From a virus (Duplodnaviria; Caudoviricetes): a DNA stretch of 62,810 nucleotides. Shown here piece after piece: positions 38,103 through 44,288 of the stretch. The position numbers and the translations under genes are program-made. The DNA is taken from the IMG/VR virus record IMGVR_UViG_3300037722_000563, positions 1-62,810 of that record. One strand, 5' to 3'. The notes under the pieces are model-generated. The model was given only the letters and a program-made list of their open reading frames with translations, had not been told where the DNA came from and searched no databases. Numbering within the stretch: the first letter of the stretch is position 1; each line of letters starts with the position of its first letter.

Positions 38103-38145
38103 GACCCCCTGGATGCCAAGCAACTAGGGGGTTTTATTTTTTTTT
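38103..38145 (+). terminator. Intrinsic terminator between promoter and first tRNA
   Basis: GACCCCCTGG/CTAGGGGGTT stem plus ~13-nt T-tract. Confidence 0.85.
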
Positions 38146-38217
38146 CAGGGAAGGCACGGGGTGTGCCGGGTGGCTGTTAACCATTTGAGCTAGGTTCGAC
38201 TCCTAGTCCTGAAGCCA
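38144..38217 (+). tRNA. tRNA-Asn(GUU), atypical D arm
   Basis: GGTGG CT GTT AA CCATT; D arm GGCAC/GTGCC. Confidence 0.8.
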
Positions 38218-38273
38218 AAACAAAATTGTGGCTTGAATACGCTTGAGTTCCATAACAGCCGTGCCGCAATTTA

Positions 38274-38346
38274 CGCAGGGGAACATGGGTTCCTCGGGCT
38301 TTCATACGGCCCAGAGTGGTGGGTTCGACTCCCCCTCCTGCGACCA
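38274..38346 (+). tRNA. tRNA-CAU (Met/Ile2-type), shortened D arm
   Basis: GGGCT TT CAT AC GGCCC; TTCGA; CCA. Confidence 0.6.
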
Positions 38347-38355
38347 TACAATTGA

Positions 38356-38432
38356 TGCGGGTTAGACTGGAGGAGGTTCCAGCTTGGTCTCATACGCCAA
38401 AGACACAGGTTCGATTCCTGTACCCGCTACCA
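38356..38432 (+). tRNA. tRNA-fMet-like (CAU)
   Basis: U1:U72 mismatch; TTGGT CT CAT AC GCCAA. Confidence 0.75.
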
Positions 38433-38437
38433 AATAT

Positions 38438-38515
38438 GGGAGTGTAGCTCAGTCCGGATAGAGCAGCGGTCTCCAAAATCGTGTGTCGTGGGTTCGAATC
38501 CTACCTCTCCCGCCA
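38438..38515 (+). tRNA. tRNA-Trp(CCA)
   Basis: GCGGT CT CCA AA ATCGT. Confidence 0.9.
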
Positions 38516-38521
38516 AATTAT

Positions 38522-38596
38522 CCTTCTGTCGTCCAGCGGACAGGACGCCCGCCCGATAAGCGGGAAACCGGGGTTCGAATCCCTGCGGAAGGACCA
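38522..38596 (+). tRNA. tRNA-Ile(GAU)
   Basis: CCCGC CC GAT AA GCGGG (C33). Confidence 0.85.
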
Positions 38597-38655
38597 AAAA
38601 TTAGTATATGAGACCATGGGTATAGTGATTCCCAAGGCTGAACTGTCTCATATAT

Positions 38656-38733
38656 CTGAGCGTAGGAAAGCCAGGCTAATCCGCCTCCCTTGGAAGGAGG
38701 AGAACGTCCGTTCGAATCGGACCGCTCAGACCA
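38656..38733 (+). tRNA. tRNA-Pro(UGG)
   Basis: CCTCC CT TGG AA GGAGG. Confidence 0.9.
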
Positions 38734-38739
38734 AATTAT

Positions 38740-38818
38740 GGTGAGTAATGACCAACCGGTTGTTGGCTCCTGTCTGTGAAACAGGAAAGGGTGGGTTCGA
38801 CCCCCACTGCTCACCCCA
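38740..38818 (+). tRNA. tRNA-His(GUG) with G-1:C73
   Basis: CCTGT CT GTG AA ACAGG; 8-bp acceptor stem. Confidence 0.85.
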
Positions 38819-38823
38819 GTTGT

Positions 38824-38898
38824 GTGGCGGTCGTCTACAGGAAGGACCCTTGGTTCTCAGCCAGGATAACGCGGGTTCGAATCCCGTTCGCCACTCCA
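38824..38898 (+). tRNA. tRNA-Glu(CUC)
   Basis: CTTGG TT CTC AG CCAGG. Confidence 0.88.
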
Positions 38899-38946
38899 GT
38901 TCATGTTTTGTTAACAGATTGTGTGCTAATATTACGATCTGTTTAT

Positions 38947-39021
38947 GGGCCGATAGCTTAATGGGAGAGCGACTGCCTTGCAAGCAGTTAGGTGAGGGTT
39001 CGAATCCCTTTTGGTCCACCA
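38947..39021 (+). tRNA. tRNA-Ala(UGC)
   Basis: G3:U70; ACTGC CT TGC AA GCAGT. Confidence 0.92.
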
Positions 39022-39048
39022 AATACGTCGTCAGACGACAAAGGTTAT

Positions 39049-39123
39049 GCTCGGTTAGCTCAGTGGTAGAGCGTTGGTGTTACATACCAAGCGTCGGGAG
39101 TTCGAATCTCTCACCGAGTACCA
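39049..39123 (+). tRNA. tRNA-Val(UAC)
   Basis: TTGGT GT TAC AT ACCAA. Confidence 0.9.
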
Positions 39124-39129
39124 AGTTAA

Positions 39130-39206
39130 GGGTAGCGGTACTGGTTGGCATCAGGTCCCGCCTGTAAAGCGGCGTAAATCAGGTTCAATTCCTGGGCTAC
39201 CCACCA
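39130..39206 (+). tRNA. tRNA-Tyr(GUA), short variable arm
   Basis: CCGC CT GTA AA GCGG; acceptor GGGTAGC/GCTACCC. Confidence 0.75.
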
Positions 39207-39212
39207 AATTAT

Positions 39213-39289
39213 TGATCCGTAGCTCAACTGGACTGAGCACCACCCTGCGAAGGTGGAGGATGCAAGTTCGAATCTTGTCGGGTCAACCA
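39213..39289 (+). tRNA. tRNA-Arg(GCG)
   Basis: CCACC CT GCG AA GGTGG. Confidence 0.85.
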
Positions 39290-39293
39290 ATAT

Positions 39294-39374
39294 GCTTCCG
39301 TATGCCCTCTGGCTTCGAACCAGTGGAAAGGCTAACTGGACCACATGCGGGTTCGAATCCTGCCGGGAGCGCCA
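39294..39374 (+). tRNA. Non-cloverleaf tRNA-Arg(UCG)-like RNA with rearranged arms
   Basis: Acceptor and T arms normal; anticodon arm CTGG CT TCG AA CCAG follows the acceptor 5' strand; D-loop-like TAACTGGA lies 3' of it. Confidence 0.65.
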
Positions 39375-39378
39375 AGAT

Positions 39379-39455
39379 CGGTCTGTAGCTCAAATGGACA
39401 GAGCGCCCGGCTTCGAACCGGGAGGTTGTGGGTTCCAATCCTGTCAGACCGGCCA
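39379..39455 (+). tRNA. tRNA-Arg(UCG)
   Basis: CCCGG CT TCG AA CCGGG. Confidence 0.85.
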
Positions 39456-39459
39456 AAAT

Positions 39460-39545
39460 GGATGATTGGCAGAGTGGTAATGCAGCGGTTTGCTAAACCG
39501 TAGAACCGAAAGGTTCCGAGGGTTCGAATCCTTCATCATCCGCCA
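39460..39545 (+). tRNA. tRNA-Ser(GCU)
   Basis: GCGGT TT GCT AA ACCGT; long variable arm. Confidence 0.92.
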
Positions 39546-39612
39546 AAATCGGTATGCACTGACGTTAGGTGCAGATAGCCGCAAGGTCGTTCTTGCGCGC
39601 CGACGATATAAT

Positions 39613-39689
39613 GTGCTGTTAGAGGAGGGGCCGTCCTCGCTGCCCTGTCACGGCGGAAATCACGGGTTCGAATCCCGTACAGCACGCCA
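39613..39689 (+). tRNA. tRNA-Asp(GUC)
   Basis: CTGCC CT GTC AC GGCGG. Confidence 0.9.
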
Positions 39690-39693
39690 ATAT

Positions 39694-39766
39694 GTTCGGG
39701 TAGTTTAAGATTAGAATGCCACTCATTAGAGTGGAGATGGAGGTTCAAGTCCTTCCCTGATCGCCA
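39694..39766 (+). ncRNA. tRNA-like RNA lacking a canonical 7-nt anticodon loop
   Basis: D arm, T arm and CCA present; anticodon arm CCACTC-ATTA-GAGTGG. Confidence 0.6.
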
Positions 39767-39770
39767 ATAT

Positions 39771-39845
39771 GCTGTGGTAGCTCAGTGGCAGAGCATCTGC
39801 TTGGTACGCAGGAGGTCGAGGGTTCAATTCCTTCTCACAGCACCA
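39771..39845 (+). tRNA. tRNA-Thr(GGU)
   Basis: TCTGC TT GGT AC GCAGG. Confidence 0.9.
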
Positions 39846-39851
39846 TATTAC

Positions 39852-39926
39852 GCCGCTCTAGCTCAACTGGTAGAGTCCTCCCTTGTAAGGAGCGAGATAG
39901 GGGTTCGAGACCTCTGGGTGGCACCA
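39852..39926 (+). tRNA. tRNA-Thr(UGU)
   Basis: CTCC CT TGT AA GGAG. Confidence 0.85.
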
Positions 39927-39942
39927 ATTTAAGGAACTAGAC

Positions 39943-40077
39943 ATGACTAAAAATGAAGAAGAAAAGCTATACGATGCTATCTATACTGCGGTATTATACG
40001 CATTGAATCAGATTGATTACAAAAAATTGTCATGTTTTAGTCAATGGAAAGAATATAAGACACAAACGGACCGGTAG
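39943..40077 (+). CDS. Small ORF within tRNA array (44 aa)
   Basis: AAGGA RBS; MTKNEEEKLYDAIYTAVLYALNQ... Confidence 0.45.
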   Translation: MTKNEEEKLYDAIYTAVLYALNQIDYKKLSCFSQWKEYKTQTDR

Positions 40078-40143
40078 CTCAGAGGCCAGAGCGCGGGGCT
40101 CTTAATCCCGGCGTCGTGGGTTCAAATCCCACTCGGTCCTCCA
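40068..40143 (+). tRNA. tRNA-Lys(CUU)
   Basis: CGGGG CT CTT AA TCCCG. Confidence 0.9.
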
Positions 40144-40159
40144 TACTAAGGAGAGCGTC

Positions 40160-40666
40160 ATGAACAGCCCAAAGTTGGACTATGACCGTATTAACGAGTA
40201 TATCCGTAGCAGTCATGCAGAGAGTGTGGTGATGATCGGTTGCGACTCGGTACGGAAGGAGGTCCATGGTAAGGCTCATGCATTGTATTCCGCCGTTGTC
40301 TGCATTCGAAAGGCAAGTGGCGAGGGGGTATTTCATGGTTGCAAGGTCTTCGGTGGTTCTGTACGGTTGCCTGATTATGGTAAGGTGATCAAGAGTGGTA
40401 AGCTTGCGAACTTGCGTATGCGTTTGATGCAAGAGGTTACATTCGCCATAGAGGCTTTCGAGAATGTGTACGAGGCTATTGGTGATCGTCCATTCGAAAT
40501 TCACCTCGACATCAACGGTCGCCCAGATGCTGAAAGTTATGTGGCATTGGCAGAAGCGCGTGGATATGTTATGGGTGTTACTGGTGGTATTGCACCAGAG
40601 TTCAAACCTAATGCTTTGGCGGCTAGCTTTGCTGCCGATCACTGGGCGCATGGCTTTATGAGCTAG
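40160..40666 (+). CDS. RNase H-like YkuK/DUF458 family protein
   Basis: IGCDS, RLMQEV, EIHLDIN, KPNALAASFAADH; AAGGAG RBS. Confidence 0.8.
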   Translation: MNSPKLDYDRINEYIRSSHAESVVMIGCDSVRKEVHGKAHALYSAVVCIRKASGEGVFHGCKVFGGSVRLPDYGKVIKSGKLANLRMRLMQEVTFAIEAFENVYEAIGDRPFEIHLDINGRPDAESYVALAEARGYVMGVTGGIAPEFKPNALAASFAADHWAHGFMS

Positions 40667-40675
40667 GAGAAAATT

Positions 40676-40852
40676 GTGTTGAAGAAGCAAGTACGTGACT
40701 ATGACAAGACGTTCAGCGCATGGGATGCGATCCTTAGGCATCTTCGACGTAAGGAACCATCAGATAGATGCGCTTTCTTTGTCGAGGAACTGTCCGATGA
40801 GCAAATCTCCGCGATTGAGCGGGCTAAAGTCCCTCCACATACACCAAGTTAA
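40676..40852 (+). CDS. Small protein (58 aa), antitoxin-tail-like
   Basis: AGGAG RBS; ...HLRRKEPSDRCAFFVEELSDEQISAIERAKVPPH. Confidence 0.5.
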   Translation: MLKKQVRDYDKTFSAWDAILRHLRRKEPSDRCAFFVEELSDEQISAIERAKVPPHTPS

Positions 40853-40929
40853 GCCGGTGTGGGCAAATGGCAAAGTCGCTCGGTTCAAATCCGAGAGTTC
40901 TGTGGGTTCGAGTCCCACCTCCGGCACCA
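40853..40929 (+). tRNA. tRNA-Leu(CAA), short variable arm
   Basis: CTCGG TT CAA AT CCGAG. Confidence 0.85.
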
Positions 40930-40935
40930 AGTTTA

Positions 40936-41028
40936 CGTAGCGTAGTTTAACGGTAAAACACCCGGCTTATACCCGGCATGTCTCTAGATTAGAGAGCAAT
41001 GTAGGTTCGAATCCTACCGCTATGACCA
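40936..41028 (+). tRNA. tRNA-Ile(UAU) with long variable arm
   Basis: CCGG CT TAT AC CCGG; extra arm TCTCTAGATTAGAGA. Confidence 0.75.
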
Positions 41029-41034
41029 AACTAT

Positions 41035-41111
41035 GCCCTCGTAGCCCAACAGGTAGAGGCGGCTGCCTTAGAAGCAGTCTAGTGTAGGTTCGAATCCTAT
41101 CGAGGGTACCA
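41035..41111 (+). tRNA. tRNA-Leu(UAG), short variable arm
   Basis: GCTGC CT TAG AA GCAGT. Confidence 0.88.
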
Positions 41112-41115
41112 ATAT

Positions 41116-41207
41116 GGAAGGATGGCCGAGTGGACTAAGGCGCACGCCTGGAAAGCGTGTAAACGAATCAAACCGTTTCGTGGGTTCGAATCCGACTCCT
41201 TCCGCCA
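41116..41207 (+). tRNA. tRNA-Ser(GGA)
   Basis: CACGC CT GGA AA GCGTG; long variable arm. Confidence 0.92.
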
Positions 41208-41208
41208 T

Positions 41209-41306
41209 GGATGGCTAAGCCGAAAGATTCTGGGTAACGGCACCCGTCTTGAAAACGGTAGGCCCCTAAGAGGGGTGTGTGGGTTCGAATCCTACGCCAT
41301 CCGCCA
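41209..41306 (+). tRNA. tRNA-Ser(UGA), enlarged D loop
   Basis: CCGT CT TGA AA ACGG; long variable arm. Confidence 0.85.
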
Positions 41307-41358
41307 ATGTTGCGTATAGTGATCATTGTTGCGTATAATGCCAATGATATTGCGCATA
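41307..41358 (+). promoter_or_regulatory. Internal promoter with three TTGCGYATA direct repeats
   Basis: TTGCGT-N18-TATAAT; repeats at 41307, 41326, 41347. Confidence 0.5.
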
Positions 41359-41368
41359 GGAGGTAAGA

Positions 41369-41518
41369 TTGCATAAGAAGCGCGGTAAACCAAAGAGTGG
41401 TAGAGCAGGCTGTCTCCTTTGTAAGCCTCATAAGAGACAAGGTTCTAAGTGTGCAGATAGACAAAAGCATTCTGAAAACCGAAGACTTGAGAGTACAAAA
41501 GAACAATTGCTGGGATAG
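41369..41518 (+). CDS. Small basic CxxC peptide (49 aa)
   Basis: AGGAGG RBS, TTG start; HKKRGKPKSGRAGCLLCKPHK. Confidence 0.65.
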   Translation: MHKKRGKPKSGRAGCLLCKPHKRQGSKCADRQKHSENRRLESTKEQLLG

Positions 41519-41584
41519 CTCAGTTGGTAGAGCGGCGTCCTGAAAAGGCGCGCGTCGGGGGTTCGAAACCCTCTCCTAGCACCA
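41509..41584 (+). tRNA. tRNA-Phe(GAA)
   Basis: GCGTC CT GAA AA GGCGC. Confidence 0.92.
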
Positions 41585-41585
41585 T

Positions 41586-41660
41586 GCCATCGTAGTATAG
41601 CGGCATTACAGCGCCCTCGTAAGGCGTCAAACCGGGGTTCAAATCCTCGCGGTGGCACCA
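41586..41660 (+). tRNA. tRNA-Thr(CGU)
   Basis: GCGCC CT CGT AA GGCGT. Confidence 0.9.
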
Positions 41661-41665
41661 ATTAA

Positions 41666-41739
41666 TGCTGGATAGTTTAGTGGTAGAACGCTTGGCTCTG
41701 AACCAAGTAGCAAGGGTTCGAATCCTTTTCCGGCATCCA
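41666..41739 (+). tRNA. tRNA-Gln(CUG)
   Basis: CTTGG CT CTG AA CCAAG. Confidence 0.9.
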
Positions 41740-41744
41740 ATTAA

Positions 41745-41820
41745 CGGCACGTGGCTCGAATGGATAGGCACCCGGCTTCTAACTGGGACGATGTGGGTTC
41801 GAATCCTACCGTGCTGGCCA
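41745..41820 (+). tRNA. tRNA-Arg(UCU)
   Basis: CCCGG CT TCT AA CTGGG. Confidence 0.9.
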
Positions 41821-41825
41821 ATATC

Positions 41826-41900
41826 GCTGGCTTAGTTCAGTGGCAGAACCGGGCGCTCATAACGCTCTTGTCGGGGGTCCGATTCCTCCAGCCAGCACCA
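41826..41900 (+). tRNA. tRNA-CAU (Ile2 or elongator Met)
   Basis: GGGCG CT CAT AA CGCTC. Confidence 0.85.
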
Positions 41901-41907
41901 AGTTAAT

Positions 41908-41982
41908 GGATCAGTGGCTTGACAGGGAAGCATCGGACTTTTAATCCGTGATATGTGGGTTCGAATCCCACCTGATCCCCCA
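41908..41982 (+). tRNA. tRNA-Lys(UUU)
   Basis: CGGA CT TTT AA TCCG. Confidence 0.85.
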
Positions 41983-41986
41983 TAAT

Positions 41987-42063
41987 GCTCCTGTAGCCCA
42001 ATCGGCAGAGGCGTCGGCTTTAAGTCCCGATCAGTGTGGGTTCGAATCCCTCCAGGAGTACCA
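41987..42063 (+). tRNA. tRNA-Leu(UAA), short variable arm
   Basis: TCGGC TT TAA GT CCCGA; Leu-type D arm. Confidence 0.8.
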
Positions 42064-42069
42064 ATTTGT

Positions 42070-42143
42070 TGCCGAGTCGTCTAACGGTAGGACCTCTGCC
42101 TTTGAAACAGAATACGATGGTTCGAATCCATCCTCGGCATCCA
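42070..42143 (+). tRNA. tRNA-Gln(UUG)
   Basis: TCTGC CT TTG AA ACAGA. Confidence 0.88.
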
Positions 42144-42147
42144 ATAT

Positions 42148-42225
42148 GCGGCGGTCGTCTAAATGGCCTAGGACCTCTGACTTTCAATCAGGGCAATACG
42201 GGTTCGAATCCCGTTCGCCGCTCCA
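42148..42225 (+). tRNA. tRNA-Glu(UUC)
   Basis: TCTGA CT TTC AA TCAGG. Confidence 0.9.
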
Positions 42226-42253
42226 TTATCTTCCATTACCTTTCATTAACTAT

Positions 42254-42331
42254 CGTCCCGTAGCTCAGTTGGACTAGAGCGTCTGCCTCCTAAGCGGAAG
42301 ATCGCAGGTTCGAGTCCTGCCGGGACGACCA
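42254..42331 (+). tRNA. tRNA-Arg(CCU)
   Basis: TCTGC CT CCT AA GCGGA. Confidence 0.92.
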
Positions 42332-42397
42332 ATTTTTCTCTTGACTTTTGCGGCATATTGCGATATGCTATATCCACAATCAAAAGGAGTGATGACG

Positions 42398-44107
42398 ATG
42401 AATGCTCAATCCAGCGTCTTGGCTTTGTTCAATTGCCTTGTGGTGGCCCCTCATCAGAAGCGTAATACTCCATTTGTGGAACTTATTGGCCAGGGTGTTG
42501 TTACCAATTTCAATCCAAGTGCAGAACAGCGGGATATTTTTCGCAGCGTTCTTAAGCCTTTGGATATGCGTACTTTATTCAGCCGTGAGGAGCGAGAGAA
42601 TGCGCCCCTAGCTGACTTGCTTACTAAGCAATTCCTGCACTATATCGAGGTGTACGGTCTCGGTATGCCGGGTCTGTTCGATTTAGAAGTTGACAACGGT
42701 AGCATTGTGTCCTTGCGCTATGTGCATGGTATTACAGTGGCTGAGTTGGAAGAGATGGTATGTGATTTGCTGGATGCTAATGCACCGGTTAAGGACGCCA
42801 AGCAACTTCAAAACATAATCGAACATTACGGCCTTACTTTTAATATAAATGGTGTGGTCAACAATGAACTGCGTGTTCTTCTATGGAGCGAGAGACAGGG
42901 GTCTTTCACATCTGGAGATGATGCGGTGCGCTATATGTGCGCCAAAGCAACTGGTGATGCCCTTTTGATCAAGTCGAAAGAGGTGCTCGCGGCTGTGAAG
43001 GCGCACAAGTTCCCTGCATCGTTCTTTGAGCAGCATGAAGACGTATTGGCTCAAGTGTTTAACCGCCACAAGCGAATTATCCTGTCTGCCAAGAACAAGG
43101 CTACGGCTGCGGCTATCAACCGGATCACTCGCCTAAGCAAGACAAAGCATGTACCGGTTCGCGAATCCATTGCCAAGACATTTATTCATAAGGCGTTAAT
43201 GGGCGAAGCCGATGCAAGTGCCCTTGAGAAAGTGTCTGTGCGTGACAAGTTCAAATATCTAAATCTCTTGGCTACAAAGCGGCTCGGAAACGGTAACGTC
43301 GTTTTCAAGATTCGCAATGGAAAAGTATACTATCGTAACGATATGCAAGTGTATCCATTGGATGTCATTAGCCGAGTAGAAAGCATGGTGATAGATAGTC
43401 TTGCAAAGGACCTTGAGCATCTAAAAGATACTACCATTCTGCTCGATGAGAATGTGGACTATGGTTTGCCAACTTCGCGCAAACAAACCCTTGGTCAGCT
43501 ACCATTCGGCACTAAAGTAACCAGCACGGCCAACGAGATTTCTTCTGGAATCTATTGGGAGAATGGCTGGGGTGCTCACGATCTGGACTTGAGTGGTATC
43601 AATCTTGATGGTGAGCGTGTAGGTTGGGGTTCGTACCGTGGATACAACGATAGCGGCATCGTATTCTCTGGTGACGTAGTAGATGCGCATAATGGTGCCA
43701 TGGAGTTCTTAACGTCTAGAACCACCGAGTATGGCATCGTTGTAAACATCTTCAATGGCCGAGAAGGTTCTGAAATGGAATTGGTGGTTGGCCGAAACAC
43801 GGGCCGGACACGGTGGCTTAGCGAGACCCTGGTGCGAGAGCGTCACAAGCTGGAGTCACGTAATTGCTTGCTAGGGTTCGTGAAGGGTAAGACTTTTGTG
43901 GTCTATACTGGCCGTATGGACAACCGTCGTGTATCGGATACTAACCCAACTCTCCAGGCCATGAAGACGAATTTCTGGACAGTTCATAGACTCTTGACTA
44001 CGCTAGGTATAAACTTCGATGTTGAACCTCAGGATGGGTTCAAATATACTCACGATTTAAGCTACAACTCATTTAGTTTCGATAAGTTGGAGGCCCTTTT
44101 TAAGTAA
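42398..44107 (+). CDS. Large helical protein with C-terminal TerD-like domain
   Basis: QFLHYIEVYG, VFNRHK, GQLPFGT, GIYWEN..DLDLS..FSGDVVDA..GAMEF; own promoter at 42341 and AAAGGAG RBS. Confidence 0.7.
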   Translation: MNAQSSVLALFNCLVVAPHQKRNTPFVELIGQGVVTNFNPSAEQRDIFRSVLKPLDMRTLFSREERENAPLADLLTKQFLHYIEVYGLGMPGLFDLEVDNGSIVSLRYVHGITVAELEEMVCDLLDANAPVKDAKQLQNIIEHYGLTFNINGVVNNELRVLLWSERQGSFTSGDDAVRYMCAKATGDALLIKSKEVLAAVKAHKFPASFFEQHEDVLAQVFNRHKRIILSAKNKATAAAINRITRLSKTKHVPVRESIAKTFIHKALMGEADASALEKVSVRDKFKYLNLLATKRLGNGNVVFKIRNGKVYYRNDMQVYPLDVISRVESMVIDSLAKDLEHLKDTTILLDENVDYGLPTSRKQTLGQLPFGTKVTSTANEISSGIYWENGWGAHDLDLSGINLDGERVGWGSYRGYNDSGIVFSGDVVDAHNGAMEFLTSRTTEYGIVVNIFNGREGSEMELVVGRNTGRTRWLSETLVRERHKLESRNCLLGFVKGKTFVVYTGRMDNRRVSDTNPTLQAMKTNFWTVHRLLTTLGINFDVEPQDGFKYTHDLSYNSFSFDKLEALFK

Positions 44108-44114
44108 TCTATCG

Positions 44115-44239
44115 CTGCAAAAAGTGTTCCTTATTAGCCCTCTCGGGGGCATCATTGAAAATTACACTTCGCAGGTTTATACCCCGTCGCAAACAGTGTT
44201 CCTTGCATATCCCCTTATAGGAAAATTACACTGCGCGAC
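44115..44239 (+). ncRNA. Two tandem copies of a bulged-stem RNA motif
   Basis: 44115-44174 and 44186-44239: GC-AAA-MAGTGT-TCCTT-[variable]-GAAAATT-ACACTK-C-GC with compensatory stem changes. Confidence 0.65.
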
Positions 44240-44253
44240 TTTTATATTGGCCC

Positions 44254-44282
44254 TTGACACGGGTGGTGTGTCTTGTTATAGT
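44254..44282 (+). promoter_or_regulatory. sigma70 promoter of tmRNA
   Basis: TTGACA-N17-TATAGT. Confidence 0.8.
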
Positions 44283-44288
44283 AAGTGT

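Noticed and set aside
38914-38926. 13-mer AACAGATTGTGTG shared with the tmRNA intervening segment (44371)
   Set aside because: Matches of this length are expected by chance in 63 kb.
41987-42063. Ochre suppressor tRNA (UUA) or genetic-code reassignment
   Set aside because: Symmetric stem placement gives anticodon UAA with a Leu-type body; core genes end normally in TAA, TAG and TGA.
38481-42277. Track ORFs overlapping the tRNA array (e.g. 38748-39167, 39074-39388, 41948-42277, 40079-40741)
   Set aside because: Chance translations of tRNA genes (GFES/GSNP from T loops) or antisense shadows.
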